From an uncultured Tissierella sp. (GTDB lineage Bacteria; Bacillota; Clostridia; Tissierellales; Tissierellaceae), in assembly GCA_964489715.1 (NCBI GenBank), contig CAZBAK010000002.1:10266-74265 (forward strand): a DNA stretch of 64,000 bases, in the 5' to 3' direction. Position numbers and translations under genes: made by a program. This document shows, in pieces, positions 39,907 to 50,593 of the stretch. The number at the start of each line of letters is the position of its first letter. Positions within the stretch are counted from its first letter, which is position 1. The notes below the pieces were generated by a model. That model made no database searches and was not told the DNA's origin. It saw nothing but the letters and a program-made list of their open reading frames with translations.

Positions 39907-40390
39907 CCCTATTCACCTTCTTACTTACGTAATTTATCAGTCCATTTTCCTCTATAATTCCTTGAATAAATTCAGGATAGGCTTGTATCTCATATTCTTC
40001 ATCCTTAGTCAGATTTTTAATCTTTCCTCCTACAAAGTCAACTTCAACCTCATCACCCTGGTCTATCTTTTCTGCAGCTTCCCTGCTTTCTATTATTGGA
40101 AGACCTATATTAAATGAATTTCTATAAAATATTCTGGCAAAGCTCTCAGCTATAACACAGCTTACTCCTGAGGCCTTTATAGCTAGGGGAGCGTGTTCTC
40201 TAGATGATCCGCAGCCAAAGTTTTTTCCTCCTACCAGTACATCTCCTTCACTTACTTTCTGAGCAAAGTCTTTATCTATATCTATCATGCAATATTTTTT
40301 AAGTTCTTCAGGATCCGAGCTCATAAGATATCTTGCAGGTATGATTACATCTGTATCTATATTATTGCCATATTTAAATGCTTTTCCCAT
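39896..40390 (-). CDS. leuD: 3-isopropylmalate dehydratase small subunit
   Basis: [30 protein letters not shown]. Confidence 0.95.
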   Translation of the reverse strand: MGKAFKYGNNIDTDVIIPARYLMSSDPEELKKYCMIDIDKDFAQKVSEGDVLVGGKNFGCGSSREHAPLAIKASGVSCVIAESFARIFYRNSFNIGLPIIESREAAEKIDQGDEVEVDFVGGKIKNLTKDEEYEIQAYPEFIQGIIEENGLINYVSKKVNRDEV

Positions 40391-40407
40391 ATTCTATCTT
40401 CCTCTCT

Positions 40408-41679
40408 TTATTTTATATCTGCTGGATTTGTTATCTTACCTGTAATTGCTGATGCAGCTGCAACTGCAGGACTTGAAAGATAAACTTCAGATGTCTCGTG
40501 ACCCATCCTTCCTACAAAGTTCCTATTTGTAGTTGCTACTGCTCTTTCACCTTCTGCCAATATTCCCATATGTCCACCTAAGCATGGTCCACAGGTTGGT
40601 GTAGAAACTACTGCTCCAGCCTCTATAAATATCTTTAGCAAGCCTTCTTCCATGGCCATTAGGTATATTTTTTGAGTAGCTGGAAATATTATAGTTCTTA
40701 CTCTCTGGTGTATCTTTTGACCTTCCAATACCTTGGCAGCCATTCTCAAATCTCCGATTCTACCATTTGTACAAGAGCCTATAACAACCTGATCTATCTC
40801 TATTTCTCCTACTTTATCTATCTCTCTAGTATTGTCTGGACTAGGTGGAAAGCTTATAGTAGGCTTTATTTGGCTTAAATCTATGGTGTATTTTTCGCTG
40901 TAGATAGCACCTTCATCGCTTTCATATGTCTTGTATTCTCTTGTAGAGTGTTCCCTTACATAGGCCCTAGTCTTTTCATCTACCTGAAATATTCCATTTT
41001 TAGCTCCTGCTTCTATAGCCATATTTGCTATAGTAAATCTGTCGTCCATGGTCAAGTTTCCTACACCTTCTCCAACAAACTCCATAGACTTATATCTTGC
41101 ACCATCTACTCCAATTTTTCCTATTATGTGAAGTATTATATCTTTGCCGCTTACCCATTCACTTGGTTTTCCCACTAGATTAAATTCTATAGCTTCTGGA
41201 ACCTTGAACCAGCACTGGCCACTTGCCATGGCAGCACCCATATCCGTACTTCCAACTCCAGTTGAAAAAGCTCCCAGTGCTCCATAGGTACAGGTATGTG
41301 AATCTGCCCCTATAACTGCATCCCCTGGTACTACCAAGCCCTTTTCAGGTAAAAGTGCATGCTCTATACCCATTTGACCTATTTCAAAATAGTTTTCGAT
41401 TTCCTTTTCATAGGCAAATTCTCTCATGACCTTACACTGCTGGGCGGATTTTATATCCTTATTTGGTGTAAAGTGATCTGGAACAAGAGCTATCTTTTTC
41501 TTATCAAATACATCTTCTACACCTATCTTTTCAAATTCCTTTATTCCAACTGGGGCTGTTATATCATTTCCCAGTACCATATCTAACTTTGCTTCTATAA
41601 ATTGTCCTGGCTTGACCTCTGAAAGTCCTGCATGATCTGCTAATATCTTTTGAGTCATTGTCATCTTCATATTTTCCAT
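40408..41679 (-). CDS. leuC: 3-isopropylmalate dehydratase large subunit
   Basis: [42 protein letters not shown]. Confidence 0.96.
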   Translation of the reverse strand: MENMKMTMTQKILADHAGLSEVKPGQFIEAKLDMVLGNDITAPVGIKEFEKIGVEDVFDKKKIALVPDHFTPNKDIKSAQQCKVMREFAYEKEIENYFEIGQMGIEHALLPEKGLVVPGDAVIGADSHTCTYGALGAFSTGVGSTDMGAAMASGQCWFKVPEAIEFNLVGKPSEWVSGKDIILHIIGKIGVDGARYKSMEFVGEGVGNLTMDDRFTIANMAIEAGAKNGIFQVDEKTRAYVREHSTREYKTYESDEGAIYSEKYTIDLSQIKPTISFPPSPDNTREIDKVGEIEIDQVVIGSCTNGRIGDLRMAAKVLEGQKIHQRVRTIIFPATQKIYLMAMEEGLLKIFIEAGAVVSTPTCGPCLGGHMGILAEGERAVATTNRNFVGRMGHETSEVYLSSPAVAAASAITGKITNPADIK

Positions 41680-41688
41680 CTCCTCATC

Positions 41689-43185
41689 TTATATCTTGTT
41701 TACTGCATCTAAATAAGCATTTATACTTGCTTCCACTACATCTACGCTTACATCCCTACCAGAATATATCCTATCCTTGTATTTAAGTTTCACTGTAGCA
41801 TATCCTAGAGCATCCCTACCCTCTGTTATACTTTGAAGAGAATATTCTTCTAGTGTTAAGTCCATATCCAAGGATTTTTCTATGGCAGATATGGCTGCAT
41901 CTATGGGACCACCGGCAGAAGCCAAACCTTCTACTTCTTCCCCATCAATATCCAGTACCACTGATGCTACACTGGAAATTGTATTTCCGCTATTTATTAC
42001 AAAACGTTTTAACTTGTACTTATCCTCTTCCCTACTTATTCCCCTAGTCAATATGACCTCTATATCACTATCATAGATAGTCTTTTTTTGATCTGACAGC
42101 TTTTTAAATTCTTCAAAGGCCCTGTTTAATTCTTCTTCATCTAGATCAAATCCCATGGATTGGATCTTGTCTCTAAAGGCATGTCGGCCAGAGTGCTTTC
42201 CAAGTACCATTTTATTTTCCTTAAGTCCTATTGATTCTGGAGTCATGATCTCATATGTTTCCCTGTTGCTAAGGACCCCATGCTGATGAATTCCTGATTC
42301 ATGGGCAAAGGCATTAGCTCCTACTATGGCCTTATTTGGCTGGACATAGACTCCTGTTATACTACTTAGTAAATTGCTGGTCTTTAAGATTTCCTCAGTT
42401 ACTATATTTGTACTATAGTCATATACATCTTTTCGAGTATTTATTATCATTACCAATTCTTCTAGGGCAGCATTTCCAGCTCTTTCACCTATTCCATTTA
42501 TGGTACATTCAAATTGTCTAGCCCCAGCTCTTAAGGCAGCCAAGGTATTTGCCACTGCAAGCCCAAGGTCATCATGGCAGTGGACCGATATGGTGACCGA
42601 ATCTAAATACTTAGACTTTTTTCTTATCTCCATTATAAAGTCATAAAACTTTTCTGGTGTCATATAGCCTACAGTATCAGGTATATTTATGATCTTGGCC
42701 CCTGCCAATATTACCCTATCAAATATTTTAGCTAGAAAGTCTGTAGAACTTCTAGTTGCATCTTCTGCAGAAAACTCCACCTCTGGAACTAAACTAGCAG
42801 CATGTTTTACCATGGACTCTGCTCTTTCTAAAACTTCTTCTTCTGTCATCTTAAGCTTGTATTCCATATGAATAGGTGATGTAGCTATAAATGTATGTAT
42901 TCTAGGCTTTTTAGCCATCTTTACTGCTTGATAGGCCTTGTCTATATCCCCTTTTACAGTTCTAGCTAGGACAGCTACTGTGGAATTTTTCACCTGGCTG
43001 GCTATTTCCTTTACAGATTCAAAGTCTCCCTGAGATGCTGCTGCAAATCCTGCTTCTATAACATCTACTCCCAAACGCTCAAGTTGTTTAGCAAGTAGCA
43101 ATTTTTCCCTCTTGTTCATACTGCATCCTGGTGATTGCTCACCATCTCTCAATGTTGTATCAAAAAAATGTATTTTATTATCCAT
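41689..43185 (-). CDS. leuA: 2-isopropylmalate synthase
   Basis: [54 protein letters not shown]. Confidence 0.97.
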   Translation of the reverse strand: MDNKIHFFDTTLRDGEQSPGCSMNKREKLLLAKQLERLGVDVIEAGFAAASQGDFESVKEIASQVKNSTVAVLARTVKGDIDKAYQAVKMAKKPRIHTFIATSPIHMEYKLKMTEEEVLERAESMVKHAASLVPEVEFSAEDATRSSTDFLAKIFDRVILAGAKIINIPDTVGYMTPEKFYDFIMEIRKKSKYLDSVTISVHCHDDLGLAVANTLAALRAGARQFECTINGIGERAGNAALEELVMIINTRKDVYDYSTNIVTEEILKTSNLLSSITGVYVQPNKAIVGANAFAHESGIHQHGVLSNRETYEIMTPESIGLKENKMVLGKHSGRHAFRDKIQSMGFDLDEEELNRAFEEFKKLSDQKKTIYDSDIEVILTRGISREEDKYKLKRFVINSGNTISSVASVVLDIDGEEVEGLASAGGPIDAAISAIEKSLDMDLTLEEYSLQSITEGRDALGYATVKLKYKDRIYSGRDVSVDVVEASINAYLDAVNKI

Positions 43186-43203
43186 TGTAATCCTCCTTTA
43201 AAA

Positions 43204-43472
43204 TAAAAAAATCCCTCGCCTCTATAAGTTTATATAAACTTATAGGGACGAAGGATAAATCATTCGTGTTACCACCCTAATTCACAGTAATCTGCCTCTT
43301 TCTAGACTATTATCTAGTATCCATATAACGGTAGAACCCGTCCTATCCTACTAACATAGTTTTCAGATAAGCTGCATAAGAAGCTAGTATTATATATTCT
43401 TTTGATACTAACTTTCACCAGCCGTTAGCTCTCTAAGATCAAAGGGAATATTTTTCTCTTCTTAATTGCATT
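43204..43472 (-). ncRNA. T-box riboswitch, Leu (apparent CUA specifier), leader of the leu operon
   Basis: Minus strand: AGAGAG bulge, GCTGGTGAAA loop, CTA-G before the 3' strand of the Stem I base, AGTAG, CCGTTA, AATTAGGGTGGTAACACG, CGTCCC, terminator. Confidence 0.9.
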
Positions 43473-43539
43473 TATATATTTCATTTATTTATTTGTCTAT
43501 TTATTATCTCTTAGTTGATTCTTTATTATGTTAAAGCTT

Positions 43540-43569
43540 ATTATATAGTATAGCGAGGTAAAGTGTCAA
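43540..43569 (-). promoter_or_regulatory. Sigma-A promoter of the leu operon
   Basis: TTGACA-N18-TATAAT. Confidence 0.6.
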
Positions 43570-43617
43570 GCTTTATTTCTAAGATTCTTTATATTTAGAA
43601 TATTTAAGCATTATTTC

Positions 43618-44481
43618 CTATATCTCATTATCTATAAAAGTGCTGCCCTTGGCCTCTATTACGTCATTTATTGTGGTAAAGGCATTTGTGTCCACAGCTT
43701 CAATTATATTTTTAAGCCTAACTATTTCATTGCTATTTACAACTAGATATATTACCATCTTTTTTACCTTCTTGTATGAACCCATGCCTTCTAAAAATGT
43801 AACGCTTCTATTTAACTCATTTCTAATCTCTTCAGCTAGAGCTTCACCCTTATCTGATATTATAAAGACACTTTTTCTAACATTGAGGCCTACTCTTACC
43901 CTATCTAATATCTTCGAACTAGTAATTATTGCAATTATAGTATAGATAGCTGCTGTAAAATCAAATAATAGGGAGGATAGGATAACTATAAGACTATTTA
44001 CAGTCATTAGGCTAGTTCCTATACTTATGCCATATCTTCTCCTTAGGATAGTGGCTAAAATATCAAGACCATCCTGGCACATCCTATTTTTAAAAAGTAA
44101 ACCCACTCCACTACCATTTAAAACTCCTCCTATTATTGCTGCTATTAAAATATCATCTGTTGGAGCATATCTACCTAGGCCGCTGGTTAAGGTAAGTAGG
44201 AGGGAGAAAACTAGCATGGATATGGAGCCATATAGGGCAAAGTGCCTATCAACCTTTTTAAATCCATATAAAAATATAGGGAGATTTAGCAAGAATACAG
44301 TAATACCCGTAGGTATAGTAAATAAATACTGTACCATTATACTTATTCCCCCTATGCCACCACTTAAGAGCTTATTTGGAATAAAGAAAAGATTTATAGC
44401 TATGGCACACAATGAGTTTGCAAATAATATGATCAAAAGATTGGTCAATATTCTTTTCCATTTCTTGCTGGATTTATTCAT
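43618..44481 (-). CDS. YitT family membrane protein
   Basis: PNKLLSGGIGG, LNLPIF, GLDILA, RSVTFLEGMGSY, DTNAF. Confidence 0.88.
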   Translation of the reverse strand: MNKSSKKWKRILTNLLIILFANSLCAIAINLFFIPNKLLSGGIGGISIMVQYLFTIPTGITVFLLNLPIFLYGFKKVDRHFALYGSISMLVFSLLLTLTSGLGRYAPTDDILIAAIIGGVLNGSGVGLLFKNRMCQDGLDILATILRRRYGISIGTSLMTVNSLIVILSSLLFDFTAAIYTIIAIITSSKILDRVRVGLNVRKSVFIISDKGEALAEEIRNELNRSVTFLEGMGSYKKVKKMVIYLVVNSNEIVRLKNIIEAVDTNAFTTINDVIEAKGSTFIDNEI

Positions 44482-44498
44482 CTACTGCTCCTTATCTT

Positions 44499-45911
44499 TT
44501 ATTTAAAGCTTTCTAATAATCTCTCTTCTCCTGCAGCATATTTAACCATAGTAATTCCAGTTATTCCATAGATCAAGGAAATAATAGGAGTTATATAATT
44601 TAATAGGGCAAAGGGTGCATACTGGGTATAGGAAACTTGTAGCATCTCCATGGCAAATACTGCATTGGTACTCCAGGGAATCAGCACTGCTCCCAAGGTT
44701 CCACAGTCTTCTATGATCCTAGAAAGATTTCTAGGCTTTAGATCATGCTTTTCATAGAGTGGAGACATTAAGGTACCTGTCATTACTGCTGAAAAGTGCA
44801 TGGATCCACTCATCATAGAGGCAAAATAACTCATGATCATGGTACTAAAAACCAAACCTCCATCTGTCTTTAGATTTCCAGCTATTCTTCCAAGTATAAC
44901 ATTTAATATTCCTGACTCTCGCATAATTCCACCTAGTCCCAAGGCAAAGATCATTAGGGCAACTACTCCAGACATGCTTAAAATTCCGCCTCTATTTAAT
45001 AGATCTAAAACCAAAGGGTTTTCTGATTCTAGTACAATTCCACTCCAAAGGGAATTTATAGTTTCAGCTAGTCCTGCTCCTTGATAAAATATAGCTATAA
45101 GTGCTCCTATGATACCACCAACTAAAATTGTAAATATTGGAGATTGCTTTTTATATAACATAAAAAATACAATTATTGCAGGAATTAAAGTTATCCAACT
45201 AATATTAAAAATCGAGCTTAGAGAATCTGTTATTGAATTGATATTTGCAACATCTAAGCTATTGCTACCGTAATTAAAGCCTATTATTAAAAATACAATT
45301 AAAGATATTATGTATGCTGGGAAAGTTGTATACACCATATGTCTAATATGTGTAAAAAGATCTGTTCCAGATACTGCTGGTGCCAGGTTAGTACTATCTG
45401 AAAGTGGAGACATCTTATCTCCAAAATAAGCTCCAGACATTACTGCCCCTGCTGTTATTCCTGGAGGAATACCCAGTCCTGTACCTATTCCCATCATAGC
45501 TATACCAACTGTTCCCATAGTAGCCCAGGATGATCCAGAAGCCAGGGAAGTTATAGAACAAAGTACTATAGCCGTTACCAAAAAGAATCTAGGTGATATG
45601 ATTTTCAAGCCTGCATAGATAATTGTTGGTACAGTTCCTGATCCTATCCAGCTTGATATCAATAGACCTACAGCCATTAACAAGACTATAGATTGCATGG
45701 CCTGCCTTATCATATTAAAGGCACTATTTTCTAGATCCTCGTATTTCACACCTAGTCTCATTGCAAATAATCCCATTATTACCCAACTTATAAACATCAA
45801 TACCTGTAATTGCAACTTTAAATAGATCAAGCCTATGGCCATAAAAACTACTATTGTTCCTAAAGATAAAATTGAATAAGCTAAACTGGGTACTTGTCTT
45901 TCATTTTTCAT
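44499..45911 (-). CDS. NhaC-family Na+/H+ antiporter / amino-acid transporter
   Basis: SGTVPTIIY, GSSWATMGTVG, SGAYFGDKMSPLSDSTNLA, RGGILSM, LSRIIEDCGT, LIPW. Confidence 0.9.
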   Translation of the reverse strand: MKNERQVPSLAYSILSLGTIVVFMAIGLIYLKLQLQVLMFISWVIMGLFAMRLGVKYEDLENSAFNMIRQAMQSIVLLMAVGLLISSWIGSGTVPTIIYAGLKIISPRFFLVTAIVLCSITSLASGSSWATMGTVGIAMMGIGTGLGIPPGITAGAVMSGAYFGDKMSPLSDSTNLAPAVSGTDLFTHIRHMVYTTFPAYIISLIVFLIIGFNYGSNSLDVANINSITDSLSSIFNISWITLIPAIIVFFMLYKKQSPIFTILVGGIIGALIAIFYQGAGLAETINSLWSGIVLESENPLVLDLLNRGGILSMSGVVALMIFALGLGGIMRESGILNVILGRIAGNLKTDGGLVFSTMIMSYFASMMSGSMHFSAVMTGTLMSPLYEKHDLKPRNLSRIIEDCGTLGAVLIPWSTNAVFAMEMLQVSYTQYAPFALLNYITPIISLIYGITGITMVKYAAGEERLLESFK

Positions 45912-45924
45912 ATAAATTCCTCCT

Positions 45925-47094
45925 TTATTTTTCAAATGTTCCCTTAACTATTGCCTGTCCATCCTCTAAAATCATTCTTCCTCTTGCAAAAACTTTATCT
46001 ATGGATAGATCTTCATTTAAAATTAAGATATCAGCATCTGAAGCTTTTTCTAAGCTACCCTTTTGAGGGTATATAGATAATTTCTTAGCCACATTTTTAG
46101 TGACCAGCTTTAAAGCGTCCTCTATTTTTATATTTTCCATTTCCAGCATATCCTTGAATTCACCATAAATAGTTTCTATCTTTGAAGCTGTCATACTTTC
46201 TATAGTTCCATCCTCATTGTACTTGGCAGCACTGCCGTTAGCATCTGAACTCATAGTGATATTTTCTATAGGACCCCCTTGACTAAGATAGATATCCAGG
46301 GCTTGACTTGCCTTAAGCGTGTTTGGGAAGAGAGTCTCCTTATTGAGGCCTGAAGATATATCTATGCTTCCTCCTAGCTTGGCAAATTCTATAGACTTAT
46401 AGAATAGCTCCTCTGTCCTATTTACATGGGTTGGAACTATGTGGGGAATCAAGATAGGTCTTTCATTTACTATTTCAAATATCTTATCTAGTCCCTCCCT
46501 ATCATCTCCCATATGTAGGTGGAGGATTCCCAATATTCCCTTTAGCATTCCTCCAACTCTAACATCAGATAAAGTTCTCAAGAGTTCATGCTTACTAGGA
46601 TAAGAGCAGCGATGGTCAGATATGGCTAGCTTTAATCCTCTTACCTTATCTATTAGGGAGATGTCTTCTCTCACATTGCCCATTATAGTAGGTGATGGGA
46701 ATTCATAGGCTCCAGTAAAGATATAAGTAGATAGGCCTTCTCTTTCTAAGCCCTTGGCCTTGGCAAGGAGGGCCTTTAGATCTCTATTTGTTCCATCTGT
46801 TCCCAATAGACCTACAAGACTGGTAACTCCAGACTTTGAGATTTGAGAAAAGTTTATCTCCGGTGTTCTAGTTTCAAATCCTGATTCTCCACCAGCTCCT
46901 AATATATGTACATGCTGGTCAATAAAACCAGGTGCAATTATCTTGTTTTTAGCATCTATAATTTCTATATCTCCTATAATATCTTTTATCCCATCAAAAT
47001 TTCCAATGGCCTCAATCTTATCATTAGAAATCAGAATATCAGCTTCTCCTAGGTATTCTGGTGAGTAAATAGATCCACCTTTAATTAATATCAT
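45925..47094 (-). CDS. iadA: Isoaspartyl dipeptidase (beta-aspartyl peptidase)
   Basis: PGFIDQHVHILGAGGE.GF.TRTPE, GLLGTDG, AISDHR, HLHMG, PTHVNR, SSDANGS; start ATG 47094 after GAGGAGG. Confidence 0.92.
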   Translation of the reverse strand: MILIKGGSIYSPEYLGEADILISNDKIEAIGNFDGIKDIIGDIEIIDAKNKIIAPGFIDQHVHILGAGGESGFETRTPEINFSQISKSGVTSLVGLLGTDGTNRDLKALLAKAKGLEREGLSTYIFTGAYEFPSPTIMGNVREDISLIDKVRGLKLAISDHRCSYPSKHELLRTLSDVRVGGMLKGILGILHLHMGDDREGLDKIFEIVNERPILIPHIVPTHVNRTEELFYKSIEFAKLGGSIDISSGLNKETLFPNTLKASQALDIYLSQGGPIENITMSSDANGSAAKYNEDGTIESMTASKIETIYGEFKDMLEMENIKIEDALKLVTKNVAKKLSIYPQKGSLEKASDADILILNEDLSIDKVFARGRMILEDGQAIVKGTFEK

Positions 47095-47235
47095 ATAATC
47101 CTCCTCTAAAATTCTTTGTTTATAGGTATCTAATTTTATATCATATTCTAAATATTGTGTCAACATTAAGATTTTTCTATAAATTCTTTTATAGGGATTT
47201 TATTTCTATAACTAGGACCCCTAGCCAAGCATAAA

Positions 47236-47287
47236 AAATAAGCTAGTAAGAAACTCTTTTTTTCTAGAGTTTATTACTAGCTTATTT
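47236..47287 (-). terminator. Intrinsic terminator after the DUF438 gene
   Basis: AAATAAGCTAGTAA / TTACTAGCTTATTT inverted repeat with a U-tract on the minus strand. Confidence 0.7.
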
Positions 47288-47324
47288 CTACTATGTTTAT
47301 TTCCTTCTTTTAACTATACTCTTG

Positions 47325-48545
47325 TTAATCTTCTACTAATCTTTTTTCCCCTTCAAGCTCTCTTATAGGACTGACATCTTGAACATATTCTAGGGTTCCA
47401 AGATATTCTCCCCCTTCATTTCTCACAGCAAAAAATCTAATGAGAACAAATCTTTCTCCCATTTGGATCCAAAAGTCCTCACTATCTTTTTTACCTGACT
47501 TAAAATCATCTACTATCCTATCTACCATATGGACAGATCCAGGTGGATGACAGTTAGCCACTTCCCTTCCTATTACCGCCTTTGTACGAGTAAATATCCT
47601 GTGCTCTCCCTTAGAGAAGAATTTCACCTTATCATTCTTATCTACAAAGGATACTTCTCCAGGAATAACTTCAAATATACTCCTTAACTCTTCTGGACTT
47701 AGGGAGCCATTTTCAAACTTGATGCTTCCAGTTTCTACTTCTTCTTCTTCTACTTTACTTTCTTCATCTCTCGGCTTTATCCGTCTATCTTCCCAGGTCT
47801 TTTCTGGGGCAATAAAGGCATATCCTACTTCGTCTGATTCCTTGTAGATGGCAATCCACTCTTCTTCTGTAAGTGTTTCTAGGCTCATTGGAAACAAGAT
47901 ACTATCTTCTTTAAATATCATCTCTTGTATTTGATCCACACAAGCTTCTATCTCTTCAACAAGTTCTCTCTTGTTGCCAATATAGTTTTTTAACTTTAAC
48001 ATTATACTTTTTATCTTTTCTCTTATTTCATCGTCTACTCCCCACATAACCTTAGGTGGAGCTGTTACCCCATGTTTTTCCAGATAGGGAAATATTAGAT
48101 TTTCCTTTCTACTATAGTGCTTGTCTATATCCCATAAAAAGTTAAAATCTTCTCTCAACTTTAATACATTTTCCTCTGAATCCTCATCTTTAAAGTCTTC
48201 TAAATTTGGATTTAAAGTGCCTTCTATATATTCTTCTAAAGCTTCATTTTCTTTTTTCAATGTGTATACTGGATGGCCTGGAACTTGCTCTGGGTGATGG
48301 ATTTCATCTAAAGACCCTTTAAAAACTGCTGCATGAACATCACATAGATTTTGTATCTCTTCAATAGGAAGTCCTTCCTTCACAAGCTGAACTTCCATCC
48401 TTCCTATTTCAGCTGGAGAAACCCCATCTATTACCTTTGCAAATTTTTCCCTAACCTCTTCTACAGTCTTTCCTTCATGGAGTTCTCTTATTACTTCCTT
48501 TAGCTTTTCCTGCCTATACTTACTATTGTTCAATCCTTCGCTCAT
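47325..48545 (-). CDS. DUF438 + hemerythrin-like + PAS domain protein
   Basis: LCDVHAAVF, GHPVYTL..EN, HYSRKENLIFP, VMWGVDDEIR, MIFKEDSIL, NCHPP, YLGTLE. Confidence 0.88.
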   Translation of the reverse strand: MSEGLNNSKYRQEKLKEVIRELHEGKTVEEVREKFAKVIDGVSPAEIGRMEVQLVKEGLPIEEIQNLCDVHAAVFKGSLDEIHHPEQVPGHPVYTLKKENEALEEYIEGTLNPNLEDFKDEDSEENVLKLREDFNFLWDIDKHYSRKENLIFPYLEKHGVTAPPKVMWGVDDEIREKIKSIMLKLKNYIGNKRELVEEIEACVDQIQEMIFKEDSILFPMSLETLTEEEWIAIYKESDEVGYAFIAPEKTWEDRRIKPRDEESKVEEEEVETGSIKFENGSLSPEELRSIFEVIPGEVSFVDKNDKVKFFSKGEHRIFTRTKAVIGREVANCHPPGSVHMVDRIVDDFKSGKKDSEDFWIQMGERFVLIRFFAVRNEGGEYLGTLEYVQDVSPIRELEGEKRLVED

Positions 48546-48740
48546 AATATCCCTCCAGAGATTTATTTTTTAAATCTATATTTGCTTCAACTATACTTAT
48601 ACCCATAATAGCCTATATCTAAATGAAAATCTTAAAACTAGTTTATAATTATAGGACTATCTCTCCTCCTTTTATGATAATATAGTAGAAAAGATTAAAT
48701 TTTTAAATCAAGTAATTTATACCTAGGAGGACTTAAATAT

Positions 48741-49625
48741 ATGAAGAAAGTATTTAAATTTATTAGCTCAATCCTATTCTTGGGAATTATATTTCTAGCC
48801 TTTTTATTTGTAAGGGACAATATCCAGGATCAGGGGGATCTTCCAGAAGAAGATTATCACAGCCAATACATATGTGTTTTGGATAGGGAGGATAAATCTA
48901 TAATAGCTAAACTCAACTCTAGCAGCAAGGCCTATCCAGCATCCTTAACTAAAATCATGACCACCCTAGTAGCTCTAGAAGAAATAGAGGATATATCCCA
49001 AACTGCTCCAGTAGATGTAGCCACCTATCAGGATATGGTAAGTAAAAATGCATCTATGGCAGGTTTTTATGGCCGTGAACCCACTAGCTATAGGGATCTG
49101 CTCTATGGCACCATCCTATCTTCTGGTGGAGAAGCTGCCAATTCTCTAGCTATAAATATCTCCAATTCTACTGAAGAATTTGTCAAGCTTATGAACCTTA
49201 AGGCCAAGGAATTAGAATTAAAGGATACTAACTTTACAAATCCAGAAGGCCTACACAATAAGGATCAATACACCACTGCAGAGGATATGGCTAAACTACT
49301 AGACCATGCCTTAGAAGATGGAGACTTTAGGGCCATATTTACCAAGGAATCTTTTTTAACCACATCTACCTTGGACCATCCGGGAGGAATCCAATTAAGA
49401 TCCACTGTACTTTCAGTTTTACACCGCTTTCCCCAGGATGGCTTCCAGATAATAGGCGGTAAATCTGGGACTACTTCAGAAGCTGGCCAGTGTTGGGCCA
49501 GTCTTGGAATAAAGGATAACAAGGAATACATTGTAATAGTCATGGGAGCAGAATTAAAGGATGTAAGTCATCCAACTAACAAGCATATAGAAGACACAAT
49601 AAAACTTTATGAAAATATAAAATAA
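48741..49625 (+). CDS. D-alanyl-D-alanine carboxypeptidase (peptidase S11)
   Basis: PASLTKIMT (SxxK), FTNPEGL, GGKSGTT; N-terminal TM/signal sequence. Confidence 0.9.
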   Translation: MKKVFKFISSILFLGIIFLAFLFVRDNIQDQGDLPEEDYHSQYICVLDREDKSIIAKLNSSSKAYPASLTKIMTTLVALEEIEDISQTAPVDVATYQDMVSKNASMAGFYGREPTSYRDLLYGTILSSGGEAANSLAINISNSTEEFVKLMNLKAKELELKDTNFTNPEGLHNKDQYTTAEDMAKLLDHALEDGDFRAIFTKESFLTTSTLDHPGGIQLRSTVLSVLHRFPQDGFQIIGGKSGTTSEAGQCWASLGIKDNKEYIVIVMGAELKDVSHPTNKHIEDTIKLYENIK

Positions 49626-49661
49626 ATAGACCTGAGTCAATTTACAGACTCAGGTCTATTT
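49624..49661. terminator. Bidirectional terminator
   Basis: AAATAGACCTGAGTC / GACTCAGGTCTATTT between convergent genes. Confidence 0.85.
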
Positions 49662-50429
49662 TTATAATCTTTCTTCTTCTTTTTCTATAAAAACATAGTT
49701 ACTAGGATCAGATAAGTCTTCCCTAAAGACATAATCCAATCTATTATATTTTTTAATCTCCTGTGGATCTTCAATCTTGTTTTCTGCCATAAATCTCACT
49801 ATGTCTCCCCTTGCCATCTTGGCTAGGGTTCCCTTTTCTATAACTCTTCCCTGGATTATCTGGCCAAATCTAAGCTTAATCATACTAGTATCGTCGTCTA
49901 AATATTTAGAAATTGCCCTGCTATATTCCACTGAAGCCAGATCTATAATACAACCTGTCTCTCCAAAGAGTTTTTTGGCAATCTTATCCTCCCAAAAACT
50001 ATACAATGAACTATACTTCCAATCTATTAACTTGGATTTCATCTCCAATCTATAGGGAACAATACCATCAAAGGGTCTGACTATACCATAAAAGCCTGAT
50101 AGGATTCGTAAATGCTCTTCTAAATAATCCAGCTCCTCATAGGAAAACACATCTGAACCCATATATTGATATTGTAGCCCTTGAAAGGATAAGATAGCTG
50201 GGGTTAAATTACTATATAAGTCCATAACTTGGATTCTTTCAAAGTTTTGCCTTGTAAGATTATCACTAGCTTTCCAAATAGATTGTAAATCATCATAGCT
50301 TAAGCTCTGAAGATAGTCTTTTAATATTTGGGTCTCCTCCATAAATTCAGGCATCTGCCTATGGACCAGGCTATCATTATCTCGCTTCATCGTTTTAGCA
50401 GGGGATATTATAATCCTAATAGCTATCAC
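49662..50429 (-). CDS. yaaA: Peroxide stress protein YaaA (DUF328)
   Basis: RIIISPAK, LRILSGFYG..RPFD.I.PYRLEM, DLASVEY, KMARG. Start uncertain: GTG 50429 or ATT 50420. Confidence 0.88.
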   Translation of the reverse strand: MIAIRIIISPAKTMKRDNDSLVHRQMPEFMEETQILKDYLQSLSYDDLQSIWKASDNLTRQNFERIQVMDLYSNLTPAILSFQGLQYQYMGSDVFSYEELDYLEEHLRILSGFYGIVRPFDGIVPYRLEMKSKLIDWKYSSLYSFWEDKIAKKLFGETGCIIDLASVEYSRAISKYLDDDTSMIKLRFGQIIQGRVIEKGTLAKMARGDIVRFMAENKIEDPQEIKKYNRLDYVFREDLSDPSNYVFIEKEEERL

Positions 50430-50485
50430 TCCCTATAATCTAGAATTAATATATATCATATCATTTATATAAGATAAAGTTAAGA

Positions 50486-50542
50486 AATTAATAAGCTGGG
50501 CAAGAAATATTTAAAAATTATTCTTTACCCAGCTTATTAATT
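50486..50542 (-). terminator. Hairpin downstream of the ade-ade-permease operon
   Basis: AATTAATAAGCTGGG..AAGAA / TTCTT..CCCAGCTTATTAATT inverted repeat. Confidence 0.65.
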
Positions 50543-50593
50543 ATTATTTTAATTTAGTTTTTCTTCTACATTATAATTACTTAACTTTAAATT

